A stretch of DNA of 64,000 nucleotides, from NCBI GenBank assembly GCA_049860595.1, contig CP187551.1; one strand, 5' to 3'. The notes under the pieces are model-generated. The model saw nothing but the letters and a program-made list of their open reading frames with translations. It made no database searches and was not told the DNA's origin. Position 1 is the stretch's first letter. Each line of letters starts with the position of its first letter. Of the stretch, positions 14,706-24,100 are shown piece after piece. Both the position numbers and the translations under genes were made by a program. The stretch is from Methanocaldococcus sp. 16A (GTDB lineage: Archaea; AGJL01; Methanococci; Methanococcales; Methanocaldococcaceae).

Positions 14706-14801
14706 TAGGACTTTTGCAAGAATAAATATATTTTATTATGAATATAGACACCTAAAGGTGTCAAAGTTCCAAAACTAATATTATAAACTGCGAAAATCCT
14801 A
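14706..14801. mobile_element. MITE-like repeat family A
   Basis: TAGGACTTTTGCA...GACACCTAAAGGTGTC...TATAAACTGCGAAAATCCTA. Confidence 0.85.
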
Positions 14802-14803
14802 TA

Positions 14804-15571
14804 TTAAACTCTTTCCCATTCAATTCCATTATTTTCAAAAAATTCAATATATTTTCTTCTATCCTCTCCCCTACACCCTTTCCAATCAATAAGAACCTTA
14901 TCTACTTCCATCTTATTGATTAGTTGATTTAAAACTTCTTCAGAAACTGAAGCATATTTTGGAACTAAGTAGCCAAAATAATATCTATCTTCTAAAGCAA
15001 GTTTTGTAAATTTTGGAGCATAATGTCCTCCACCAAAGCCAATAGCTCTAAATTTTTTATCATAATTTTTAGATTTTATTGCATCAATAGCTTCTAACAC
15101 AGATTTAGCTATAATTTCTCCAGCTTCTTTTAAAACCCATTCCTTTTCACTACTACCAATTTCAACAAACACCGTTGGAGCATTTAAATCAGTTGGTGAA
15201 TGATGAACTACCTCAAAAGAGACATCAAATTCTTTAATCTTGCCATTTTCATAATAGGTTTTGTAATTTTTGTAAATATTTTTCAATAAAAGAGTGTTTA
15301 ATATTGCATCACATGGACAGATTTCTTTAGGATTACCTCCAAAATCATTATTTTCTGTTAAATTTCCTGGTGTATGAACTGTTAGAGATGGTTTATTAGC
15401 TTTACTTCTATGTTTTGATAAAAATATATAATAATCTGCTTTCTCTAAATCTTCCTGAGTTATTGATAAAAGTTCTTTATCAACTTCAAAAATATCAAAA
15501 TATTCTCTTAAATTATTTGCAATGTTTTTACTTGCCAAATCTTTATTTGATGATATTAACAAAAATTTCAT
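14804..15571 (-). CDS. dtdA: D-aminoacyl-tRNA deacylase (archaeal DTD2)
   Basis: SKHRS, LTVHTPGN, EVVHHSPT, FVEIGS, GFGGGHYAP. Confidence 0.92.
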   Translation of the reverse strand: MKFLLISSNKDLASKNIANNLREYFDIFEVDKELLSITQEDLEKADYYIFLSKHRSKANKPSLTVHTPGNLTENNDFGGNPKEICPCDAILNTLLLKNIYKNYKTYYENGKIKEFDVSFEVVHHSPTDLNAPTVFVEIGSSEKEWVLKEAGEIIAKSVLEAIDAIKSKNYDKKFRAIGFGGGHYAPKFTKLALEDRYYFGYLVPKYASVSEEVLNQLINKMEVDKVLIDWKGCRGEDRRKYIEFFENNGIEWERV

Positions 15572-15572
15572 C

Positions 15573-16064
15573 TTATCCCTCTCTTAAATGTCCCAATATA
15601 TGTCCCGTCTCTTCTTTAATTATTTTTAATGCTGTTTTACATGCATTTACTGAACCAGGAAGTGCATATATAATTTTTCCTTTATAGATTCCAGCCATAG
15701 CTCTTGATAACATAGCTGAAAATCCTACTTCCTCATAACTTAACTTTTGAAAAATAATTTTAAATCCATCCAATTCTTTTTCAATAATTTCCTTTAAAGC
15801 TTCAACGGTAACATCCCTCTCAGCTATTCCTGTCCCTCCTGTAAAAACAATACAATCTACATCAAAAGATTCAACTATATGCTCAACTATTCCCTTAATC
15901 ATATTTTTGTTGTCAGGAATTATTGTATATACTTCAGCATTTAATTCGTCTTTTAATAAATTACCAGATTTATCATCAACATCTTTTCCTTTAATTAAAT
16001 CATTATATCTGCTATCGCTCACTGTAACTACAGCATATCTTATATCTTTTATTCTTTTGTGCAT
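15573..16064 (-). CDS. moaB: Molybdenum cofactor biosynthesis protein MoaB/MogA
   Basis: VTVSDSR, TGGTGIAERDVT, SRAMAG, LPGS. Confidence 0.93.
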   Translation of the reverse strand: MHKRIKDIRYAVVTVSDSRYNDLIKGKDVDDKSGNLLKDELNAEVYTIIPDNKNMIKGIVEHIVESFDVDCIVFTGGTGIAERDVTVEALKEIIEKELDGFKIIFQKLSYEEVGFSAMLSRAMAGIYKGKIIYALPGSVNACKTALKIIKEETGHILGHLREG

Positions 16065-16178
16065 ATCTTCACCTATTACTCAATATAATGTATATATGCA
16101 AATAAATAAATATAAATTAAAACAGCAAAAAACTCCCTATCAAAATAAAAAATTTTATATAATTAGAAAATTAAAAAT

Positions 16179-16382
16179 TTATTTCTTTAAAGCTAACTTT
16201 ATGTCTTCAACTTTTACAGTTTTTCTTTTAGCATGTTTAGCTAACTCAACAGCTTCCTTAGCAATTTCTAATGCGATTTCTTCAACAGCTTCTGCTAAGT
16301 ATTCTGCAGCTGCTCTACTAACTCTCTCTGCTCCTGCTTTTTTCAAGATTCTTTCAAATGGTGCAACTGGAAGCTCAGCCAT
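16179..16382 (-). CDS. Archaeal histone (HMf family)
   Basis: [22 protein letters not shown]...[15 protein letters not shown]. Confidence 0.97.
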   Translation of the reverse strand: MAELPVAPFERILKKAGAERVSRAAAEYLAEAVEEIALEIAKEAVELAKHAKRKTVKVEDIKLALKK

Positions 16383-16430
16383 AATACCACCTCATAATGG
16401 ATTTTCAATAGATATTGTTATAAAACCCTT

Positions 16431-16446
16431 TATTTAAACTTTTCGG
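16431..16446 (-). promoter_or_regulatory. BRE-TATA promoter of the histone gene
   Basis: Minus strand CCGAAAAGTTTAAATA about 50 nt upstream of the ATG. Confidence 0.75.
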
Positions 16447-16595
16447 TTATTTCCATTTTTTATGAAGGTCTTCGAAAAATTTTCACATATATAGACAATG
16501 AACATTAAGAAGTAGAACATTAAATTATAAAAAACACTACCCACAATGAATATTACAAAATTTAAAATTTACTTTATACGTGTTTCTAAACAGTG

Positions 16596-16687
16596 TAGGA
16601 CTTACGTACTTTATATATTTAGTTAGGGAACTTAGATGCCTTTAGGCATCAATATGTCTTTTAATATTTATTCCTGCGAAAGTCCTA
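16596..16687. mobile_element. MITE-like repeat family A
   Basis: TAGGACTTACG...GATGCCTTTAGGCATC...TTTATTCCTGCGAAAGTCCTA. Confidence 0.85.
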
Positions 16688-16691
16688 TAGT

Positions 16692-16804
16692 TATAGTTTT
16701 ATGTAAAAATAAACTAAGCTCTATAAGGAAAATTTGAATGTCTTCCAAAAGAAAGACATTCATTAATGCCTTATTCAATTCAAATCCTTTTACACGAAAC
16801 TATA
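16692..16804. mobile_element. MITE-like repeat family B
   Basis: TATAGTTTTATGTAAAA...GAATGTCTTCCAAAAGAAAGACATTC...TTTTACACGAAACTATA. Confidence 0.8.
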
Positions 16805-16832
16805 AAATCAACAAGAATTAAATGTGATATCT

Positions 16833-17612
16833 ATGATTATTACTATCGCTTCTGGTAAAGGTGGGGTAGGAAAAACCACTACTTCAGCATCTTTGGCTGT
16901 AGCTCTCTCTAAATTAGGAAAAAAAGTTTTAGCTGTTGATGGAGACATTTCAATGGCTAATTTAGGAATTCTATTTAATATGGAAAAGAAAAAACCCTCC
17001 TTACATGAGGTTTTAAGTGGAGAAGCTGAGATTAAAGATGCAATTTATAAACACAAAACAGGGGTTTATGTATTGCCAACAAGTTTATCCTTAGAGGGTT
17101 ATAAAAAATCTGATATTGATTTGCTCCCAGATGTTATTAATGAGGTAGCCGACGATTTTGATTATGTAATTATAGATGCACCAGCAGGGTTAAATAGAGA
17201 AATGGCTACACATCTTGCTGTTGCTGATAAGCTTTTACTTGTTGTTACCCCAGAGATGTTCTCAATTATTGATGCTGTTAGATTAAAAGAAAGTGCTGAA
17301 ATGGCTGGAACACCTTTAATGGGAGTCGTATTAAATAGAGTTGGTAGAGATTTTGGGGAAATGAGAAAGGATGAAATAGAGATGCTAATAAAAGGTAAAG
17401 TTTTAGTTGAAGTTCCAGAAGATGAAAGTGTTAGAGCAGGAGCATTAAAAAAGATGAGCGTTATTGAATATAAGCCAAACTCTCCAGCTTCTCATGCGTA
17501 TATGAAATTGGCTTCGATAATAGCAGGAGTTCCTATTTATGTTGAAGAAGGAATTAAAACAATAAGGAGAGAAAGCTTTATAGATAAAATTAAAAGATTG
17601 TTAAGGTTATAA
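16833..17612 (+). CDS. minD: MinD/ParA family ATPase
   Basis: SGKGGVGKTT deviant Walker A, IIDAPAG, C-terminal amphipathic FIDKIKRLLRL. Confidence 0.92.
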   Translation: MIITIASGKGGVGKTTTSASLAVALSKLGKKVLAVDGDISMANLGILFNMEKKKPSLHEVLSGEAEIKDAIYKHKTGVYVLPTSLSLEGYKKSDIDLLPDVINEVADDFDYVIIDAPAGLNREMATHLAVADKLLLVVTPEMFSIIDAVRLKESAEMAGTPLMGVVLNRVGRDFGEMRKDEIEMLIKGKVLVEVPEDESVRAGALKKMSVIEYKPNSPASHAYMKLASIIAGVPIYVEEGIKTIRRESFIDKIKRLLRL

Positions 17613-17614
17613 TA

Positions 17615-18664
17615 TTAATTATTATCATTTTCCAAATAAACCGTATATGTAGGAAATGCCATTTCAATCCCTTCTTTTTCAAATTCTTCTTTTATTTTTA
17701 AGTTTATTTCATCAACTGCATTTAAATAATAATCAAAACCCATGTTTCTAACAAAGTATTCAACTCTTAAATTTAAACTCCAATCTCCATATTCATTAAA
17801 ATGAACCCTATATGGAGGAAGAGTAGCAGGATGATTCTCAACAATTTCTTTTATTATCTCCTTGGCTTTTTTAATTTTCTCAACTGGTGTATCATAGGTT
17901 AATCCTATAGTTGTTAAAACTCTCCTCCTATCTCTAACTGTTAAATTTTCAATAGCTGAATTTAGCAGTTCTGAATTTGGAATTGTTATTAAAGTATGGT
18001 CAAATGTTCTAATCCTTACACTTCTTATCCCAATTTCTTCAACAATTCCCTCAACGTCTCCAACCTTAACCCAATGTCCTAATCTGAATGGTCTATCGAT
18101 TAATATTAAAATCCCAGCAATGAAGTTTTTTATTGTATCTTGCATAGCTAATGCTACAGCCAAACCTCCAACTCCTAAACCAGCCAATAAAGCAGTGATA
18201 TCATAACCAACAGAACTTAGAGCTGTTAATACCCCAAGAACTATGGTTATTATTTTTACAACTTTATTTAATGGCTTTATTATATGTTCATCAAGCTCTG
18301 TTTCTGTTTTTTCAGTTAATGGGATTAAATAATGCTCAAATATTCCATCTATAAACTTAACTGCAAAATATGTGGCTGAAAGAATAACAACCACTTTTAT
18401 ACTTTCATCTATTAATTTAAATATGTAATCTGGTAGAATTAGAAACTTCAGACCAAAATAAAAGAACGCTGTTACTACTATTACAATAACTGGCAAATCT
18501 ATGGCCTCTAATAGAATATCGTCAAGTTTTGTTTTTGTTTTATTTATAATTTTTTTAAGATAATTTTTTACTATTTTATCAACAATTCTTCCAATAAAAA
18601 CACCTAACAAGACAATTCCAATAAATATAATTATATCGTAAATAGTGTTTCCAAAAATCTCCAT
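17615..18664 (-). CDS. mscS: Small-conductance mechanosensitive channel (MscS / MscMJ family)
   Basis: LLAGLGVGGLAVALAMQDTIKNFIAG, GIVEEIGIRS, IEMAFPT. Confidence 0.93.
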   Translation of the reverse strand: MEIFGNTIYDIIIFIGIVLLGVFIGRIVDKIVKNYLKKIINKTKTKLDDILLEAIDLPVIVIVVTAFFYFGLKFLILPDYIFKLIDESIKVVVILSATYFAVKFIDGIFEHYLIPLTEKTETELDEHIIKPLNKVVKIITIVLGVLTALSSVGYDITALLAGLGVGGLAVALAMQDTIKNFIAGILILIDRPFRLGHWVKVGDVEGIVEEIGIRSVRIRTFDHTLITIPNSELLNSAIENLTVRDRRRVLTTIGLTYDTPVEKIKKAKEIIKEIVENHPATLPPYRVHFNEYGDWSLNLRVEYFVRNMGFDYYLNAVDEINLKIKEEFEKEGIEMAFPTYTVYLENDNN

Positions 18665-18690
18665 TTTTGTTTCACCTCTATCTAAATAAT

Positions 18691-18797
18691 TAGGACCTTC
18701 GCAGGTATAAATATTAATATACAATTAATATACAATAGATTTAATGCCTGTTGGTATCATATTTTCCTTAATAAATATACAAAGTGCGAAAGTCCTA
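18691..18797. mobile_element. MITE-like repeat family A
   Basis: TAGGACCTTCGCAGGTATAAAT...TGCGAAAGTCCTA. Confidence 0.8.
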
Positions 18798-18804
18798 ATA
18801 ATAT

Positions 18805-20526
18805 TTATTTCCTACCTCTTTGAATTTCATATATTCTTTCTACATCTTCTATGGTGTTTATATCCTCTTTTCCTTTATCAAATCTAAACCTCACAACCCT
18901 TGGGAATCTCAAAGCATAGCCGCAAGGATATTTATCAGATTTTTGTATCTCTTCATAAGCAACTTCAATAACTATTTTTGGTTCAACCTCAACCTCATCT
19001 CCTAAATCTCTAATTATTATTTTATCAATCTCCTCCTTCAACATTTCTAAATCACTCTCAGTTAATCCAGTCCCTACATGCCCTACTGGGTAGAGATTGC
19101 CTTCTTCATCCCTAACACAAATCTCAAATGAACCATACCAATCTTTCCTCTTCCCCATACCTCTTTTTGCCTTTGTAATTACAACATCTAAACTCTCAAG
19201 AGTTGGTTTAAATTTATACATAGTTCTAACTCTACTTCCTGGAGTGTAATGGGCTTTTAAGTTTTTAATCATAACTCCCTCATGTCCTATGGAGAGAGAC
19301 CAATTGTAAAACTCTTTTGCTTCTTTTGCATCATTTGTAACCAATTTATAGGATATATCAATTACTTTATCTGATTTAAGCTCTTTCTCTATCCTTTCCT
19401 TTTCAGTCCTCCAATCATTCTCATATCCTACAATATCCTCTAAAACTTTCCTTCTCTTCTCAAATTCTTCGTCTATAAATGATACTCCATCTTTATAAAG
19501 AATATCAAATAAATAAACTCTCAAATTTATTTCTTTCATCATCTTTCCAATATCATACTTCCTCCTAAACCTTCTAAGTATATCTTGGAAAGGTCTTGGT
19601 TTTCCTGTCTCTTTATCAATAGCTACACACTCACCCTCAACAATTAACTTATCCACATCAATTTTTTTAACTGCTTCAACAATCTCAGGCAATGCATTTG
19701 TGACATCCTCCAATCTTCTGCTGTATATTCTAACTTTATTTCCATCTTTGTGGATTTGCACTCTTGCTCCATCATATTTGGTTTCAAATTGGGCTTTACC
19801 CATATCCAATAATGCCTCTTCAATTGAAGGAGTAAGCTGAGCTAACATTGGTTTTATTGGTCTAAATAATTTTAATTTTAACTCATCACTTTCCAAATCT
19901 CCTATCAATAATTTTTCAGCTAAAAGTCCAATGTCGTTGGTTATAGCGTATATCTTCTCCAACTTTTCCTTTGGAACATTGAAGTATAAGGATAAAGCGT
20001 CTAATATCGTTGGGACGTTCATCCCTATTCTCATATCCTCTAAGATTAATCTTGCTAAATATCTACATTCAATTGGTGAGGCTCTAAGGAATAAACTACT
20101 TATTAACCTCAACTTTTTCTTTTGAGAACCCTCCCCTTCAATCTCTCCTACTCTCTTTAAGGTTTCATAAACTTCATCAACTGTTAATGGTTGAAAAAAT
20201 AAAGATACTTGTTTAATTTTTAATTTTAATTGCTCTATGGCTAACCCTATATCTCCCGTCTCTTTAATTTTTTCTAATAGCTCATCTTTATTAATGCCTA
20301 TAGAAATAACAGCATTTATTAAAAGTTTTTCTCCAATTCCTAATTCTCTCTCATCATATTCTGGATAAACTCTCCCTATAGCCATATAACAAATCTTTTT
20401 TAAATCCTCTGGCTTACCTTTCTCTTTAACCATTTCTATTAATTTTATAAAGTAATCCCTTTTTTCCAATCTCTTCGTAGTTTTCTCAATTTTGTTAAAT
20501 ATTTCACAAACTTCTTTCCAAAACAT
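18805..20526 (-). CDS. lig: ATP-dependent DNA ligase
   Basis: ETKYDGARVQIH (motif I), EGVMIK, ALRFPRVVRFR. Confidence 0.97.
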   Translation of the reverse strand: MFWKEVCEIFNKIEKTTKRLEKRDYFIKLIEMVKEKGKPEDLKKICYMAIGRVYPEYDERELGIGEKLLINAVISIGINKDELLEKIKETGDIGLAIEQLKLKIKQVSLFFQPLTVDEVYETLKRVGEIEGEGSQKKKLRLISSLFLRASPIECRYLARLILEDMRIGMNVPTILDALSLYFNVPKEKLEKIYAITNDIGLLAEKLLIGDLESDELKLKLFRPIKPMLAQLTPSIEEALLDMGKAQFETKYDGARVQIHKDGNKVRIYSRRLEDVTNALPEIVEAVKKIDVDKLIVEGECVAIDKETGKPRPFQDILRRFRRKYDIGKMMKEINLRVYLFDILYKDGVSFIDEEFEKRRKVLEDIVGYENDWRTEKERIEKELKSDKVIDISYKLVTNDAKEAKEFYNWSLSIGHEGVMIKNLKAHYTPGSRVRTMYKFKPTLESLDVVITKAKRGMGKRKDWYGSFEICVRDEEGNLYPVGHVGTGLTESDLEMLKEEIDKIIIRDLGDEVEVEPKIVIEVAYEEIQKSDKYPCGYALRFPRVVRFRFDKGKEDINTIEDVERIYEIQRGRK

Positions 20527-20639
20527 TGTTTCACCATAAATTAGTTAAAAATTATTATTTCTGTTTTTAGATTAAGTACAAAAACTTAACTGGATAGATT
20601 GTTATGAGCATAATATCTATGACCATATAAAGTTGAGAT

Positions 20640-20753
20640 TATAGTTGTGTGCAAAATAAAATAAACTTTAAAAAGGAAAATTTAAATGCCTTCCAAAAGG
20701 AAGGCATTCACTAATGCCTTATTTTAATTAAGATACTTTTGCACACAACTATA
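20640..20753. mobile_element. MITE-like repeat family B
   Basis: Perfect TIR TATAGTTGTGTGCAAAA / TTTTGCACACAACTATA; internal AATGCCTTCCAAAAGGAAGGCATT palindrome. Confidence 0.9.
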
Positions 20754-20879
20754 AAAATGAAGGATTTGACAACTTTTTAAATGCTGTTAATAATATTATA
20801 TAAAAATAGGGATTATAAAGAAGATTTCGTATTCCAACTTATACAATTCAAATTACCCACAAATCAGAAAAAGCCTGAA

Positions 20880-21527
20880 TTAATCATCAAACCCTTCTTT
20901 ACCGATTAATGGAACAAAAGCTACAGGTCCACAATCTTTTATTATTATATCATCTCCTCTCTTTTCAGCTAAAACTAATTTTTGCATGTATCTACCAACA
21001 GGCATTAGTAATTTTCCGCCATCTTTTAGCTGTTTTAATAAAGGCTCTGGAATCTTCGGTCCAGCAGCAGTTGCATATATTCTATCGTAAGGAGCTAATG
21101 GTTCATAACCTAAACTTCCGTCCCCCACTATTACAATAACATTATCATAACCCAATTTTCTTAAAGTTTTCTCTGCTCTCTCAGCCAATTCTGGAATTCT
21201 TTCAATACTAATAACTAAACCATCCTCTCCAACAATTTCAGCAGTTACAGCTGCATGATATCCACAACCAGTTCCAATTTCTAAAACTTTCATTCCTGGC
21301 TTTAAATCTAAAAGCTCACACATCATTCCAACCATATGGATAGCGGAAATTGTTTGTCCATAACCAATATCTAATGGAGTATCTACATAAGCATATTCCT
21401 TCAAATGTTCAGGAACAAACTCTTCCCTTGGGACTTTTAATAAGGCATCAATAACCCTTTTACTTTTTATATACCCCTCCCTAATTAATTTTTCAATCAC
21501 TGATTTCTTTTGTTCTTCTAAGTTCAT
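20880..21527 (-). CDS. pcm: Protein-L-isoaspartate O-methyltransferase
   Basis: [31 protein letters not shown]. Confidence 0.96.
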   Translation of the reverse strand: MNLEEQKKSVIEKLIREGYIKSKRVIDALLKVPREEFVPEHLKEYAYVDTPLDIGYGQTISAIHMVGMMCELLDLKPGMKVLEIGTGCGYHAAVTAEIVGEDGLVISIERIPELAERAEKTLRKLGYDNVIVIVGDGSLGYEPLAPYDRIYATAAGPKIPEPLLKQLKDGGKLLMPVGRYMQKLVLAEKRGDDIIIKDCGPVAFVPLIGKEGFDD

Positions 21528-21595
21528 GATTTCACCAAATAGAATTTATATTAAAGAATATATATAAAGTTAATTATAGAAAATTACATAGAAGC

Positions 21596-21705
21596 TATAG
21601 TTTTGTGCAAAATAAATTAAACTTTATATGAAAAATTTGAACGCCTACCAAAGGAAGATGTTCATTAATGCCTTATTCATTCTAATACTTTTATACAAAA
21701 CTATA
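21596..21705. mobile_element. MITE-like repeat family B
   Basis: TATAGTTTTGTGCAAAA...TTTTATACAAAACTATA. Confidence 0.85.
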
Positions 21706-21718
21706 AATGGTGTTGAAT

Positions 21719-22132
21719 ATGGTTGAAGAATCATTCTTAACAGATACCCAAATTAAAGTTTTAAAATTAAGAAAAAAGGGACTAACACAGGAAGAAATAG
21801 CAAAGATATTTGGAACTAGCAGAGCTAATATCAGTATGATTGAAAAGAGGGCAAAAGAAAATATAAAAAAGGCATATAATACAATAAAAATTTATAATAG
21901 AATAATGGCTCCTCTATCTATTGAAATTGAAGAAGGTACAGATGTTTTAGATATTCCAAATATCGTATTTAAAAAAGCTGATGAAGAAGATATAAAAGTA
22001 AAATACAACACTTTAGAGCTTATAGAATTTATAAAAGAAAATGCTTCAGAATTTATAGAAAAAAGAACAGTTAAAAAGAAATTTAAAATATACATTCTTG
22101 AAAATGGGAACTTAGATGTTGGAGGGAGCTAA
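21719..22132 (+). CDS. Tfx family DNA-binding protein
   Basis: SFLTDTQIKVLKLRKKGLTQEEIAKIFGTSRANISMIEKRA HTH. Confidence 0.9.
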   Translation: MVEESFLTDTQIKVLKLRKKGLTQEEIAKIFGTSRANISMIEKRAKENIKKAYNTIKIYNRIMAPLSIEIEEGTDVLDIPNIVFKKADEEDIKVKYNTLELIEFIKENASEFIEKRTVKKKFKIYILENGNLDVGGS

Positions 22133-23176
22133 ATGAAAATCATAGAAGAAATCCCACAAAAAAATATTATTAAGCTTATGCCTGAAAATTTGGATGATTT
22201 ATGGGTTTTGTATAACATTATTGAAGAAGGAGATAAAGTATTTGCAGTTACTGAAAGGAGAGTTCAAGATAAAGGAGATGTTATTAGGGCAGATAGAGGA
22301 GCTAAGAGAAAAATGTTTTTAGGAATAGAGGTAAAAAATGTAGAATTTGATGAAAACACAAAAAGAGTTAGAATTTTAGGGACTATAATTCATGGACCAG
22401 ACGATGTTCCTCTAGGCAGTCATCACACAATTGAAATCAAACCATTTGATGAGCTTTCAATTGAAAAAAAATGGAAAAAATGGCAGATAGAGAGAATAAA
22501 AGAGGCTATTGAATCATCTAAGAGACCAAAGGTTTTAGTTGTAGTTATGGATGATGAAGAGGCTGATATTTTTGAGGTTAGAGATTACAGCATAAAAGAA
22601 ATTTGCTCAATAAAATCTCACACTTCAAAAAAATTAGATTATAAAATTAATGAAGAATTAAAAAAGGAGTATTATCATGAGATAGCTAAAGTTTTATCAG
22701 AGTATGAGGTTGATAATATTTTAGTCGCAGGCCCTGGCTTTGCAAAAAATAGCTTTTACAATTTTATCTCTTCCCAATATCCTGAACTTAAAAATAAGAT
22801 TGTAGTTGAAAGTATATCAACCACCTCAAGAGCTGGATTAAATGAAGTTATTAAAAGAGGAATTATTAATAGAATATATGCTGAGTCAAGAGTCGCAAAA
22901 GAAACACAATTAATCGAAAAACTGTTAGAAGAGATTGCTAAAAAGGGATTGGCTGTTTATGGCATTGATGAAGTTAAAAAAGCCTTAGAATACTCAGCTA
23001 TAGATACATTATTAGTTTCAGATAGCATCGTAAGAAATTATGAGATAGAAAAAATAATAGATACTACAGAAGAGATGGGTGGGAAAGTAGTTATCGTTTC
23101 TTCTGAACATGATGCTGGAAAGCAATTAAAAGCATTAGGAGGAATAGCTGGATTATTGAGATTTCCTATTGAATAG
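22133..23176 (+). CDS. pelA: Pelota / Dom34 ribosome rescue factor
   Basis: PENLDDLWVLYNII, LGSHHT, AGPGF, LKALGGIAGLLRF. Confidence 0.96.
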   Translation: MKIIEEIPQKNIIKLMPENLDDLWVLYNIIEEGDKVFAVTERRVQDKGDVIRADRGAKRKMFLGIEVKNVEFDENTKRVRILGTIIHGPDDVPLGSHHTIEIKPFDELSIEKKWKKWQIERIKEAIESSKRPKVLVVVMDDEEADIFEVRDYSIKEICSIKSHTSKKLDYKINEELKKEYYHEIAKVLSEYEVDNILVAGPGFAKNSFYNFISSQYPELKNKIVVESISTTSRAGLNEVIKRGIINRIYAESRVAKETQLIEKLLEEIAKKGLAVYGIDEVKKALEYSAIDTLLVSDSIVRNYEIEKIIDTTEEMGGKVVIVSSEHDAGKQLKALGGIAGLLRFPIE

Positions 23177-23779
23177 CTACTCCTGAACTCTTTTTAAAAG
23201 CTCTCTAAGTTTAAGATTTTCACTAAATGTAACAATATCTCCATGGGTTTTTTCTAAGATTCCTCTGCAGATATCTTGCTTTCTTCTTAAATTATCCACT
23301 ACATGGTAATAATCAAAGTTCATTAAAAATTCATATAAATCTTCCATGAATTTGAAATATCTCTCAACCTCTGCTAAATTATCGTTTTTCATTGCCTCTA
23401 ATACCTCTCTCCTCAACTCTCCAATAACATCAGCCAATCCTAAAATGTAGTTCTCCTCTCTAATAAAATCAAGCTCTTTGAAACTAGGTATTTTATTATC
23501 AAATTTTATCATATATAAGGTGAGTGCTTCAACAAATTCTTGTTGAGGTGTTGATAGATAATTAACAAACTCTGGAAATGTTGCTAAACTATTTAGCTTT
23601 TTAATTTTTTCTGATATTTCATTTAATTTGTCTTTAAATTCATCTTTATCATATGATTTGTGGATTTTTCTAATTAACATTGCACAATCTCTTGTTATTT
23701 CTCTTGATAATTTTAAAATTTCTTCTCTAACACTATCTTTATTTGCAAGGTAGTTTATTAAATAATCTAGCTCGTCCAT
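23177..23779 (-). CDS. Translin/Trax (C3PO-like) family protein
   Basis: REEILKLSREITR, QQEFVEA, YILGLADVIGELRR. Confidence 0.9.
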   Translation of the reverse strand: MDELDYLINYLANKDSVREEILKLSREITRDCAMLIRKIHKSYDKDEFKDKLNEISEKIKKLNSLATFPEFVNYLSTPQQEFVEALTLYMIKFDNKIPSFKELDFIREENYILGLADVIGELRREVLEAMKNDNLAEVERYFKFMEDLYEFLMNFDYYHVVDNLRRKQDICRGILEKTHGDIVTFSENLKLRELLKRVQE

Positions 23780-23879
23780 AATATCACCAAAAATTTTATA
23801 TACCTATTTGTTAGTATTTGTTTATACACTCCTTTTCTTTTATTACACTAATCCATTATTAATTTATACCTCAATGATG

Positions 23880-23970
23880 TAGGACTTTCGCAGGAATAAA
23901 TTTCTTATGGTAAATTGATTCCTTTAGGCATCTAAGTTCCTTAATGAATATATAAACTGCGAAAGTCCTA
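23880..23970. mobile_element. MITE-like repeat family A (near-intact)
   Basis: Perfect TIR TAGGACTTTCGCAG / CTGCGAAAGTCCTA. Confidence 0.92.
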
Positions 23971-23973
23971 CAA

Positions 23974-24015
23974 TGCAAACCTGAAAAGCCCAGATAGGGC
24001 AATGACAGGTTTGCA
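23974..24015 (+). promoter_or_regulatory. Structured hairpin upstream of rpl3 (candidate r-protein leader)
   Basis: TGCAAACCTG-AAAA-GCCC-AGATA-GGGC-AATGA-CAGGTTTGCA. Confidence 0.55.
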
Positions 24016-24100
24016 AAATAAAGCTATTTGGATATTAAATTAAACAAAACACTCAATAAAAAATTTTAAAGATATCAATAAATATGCTGGAGGTTAGATT

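Noticed and set aside
14668-14751. N-terminal extensions of larB (also mscS 18665-18724 and the DUF89 gene 38527-38592)
   Set aside because: The extensions run into family A repeats; downstream ATGs have good RBS and match family starts.
23974-24015. Hairpin as a SECIS element
   Set aside because: The internal loop does not fit the archaeal GAA/A consensus well, and no adjacent gene has an in-frame UGA.
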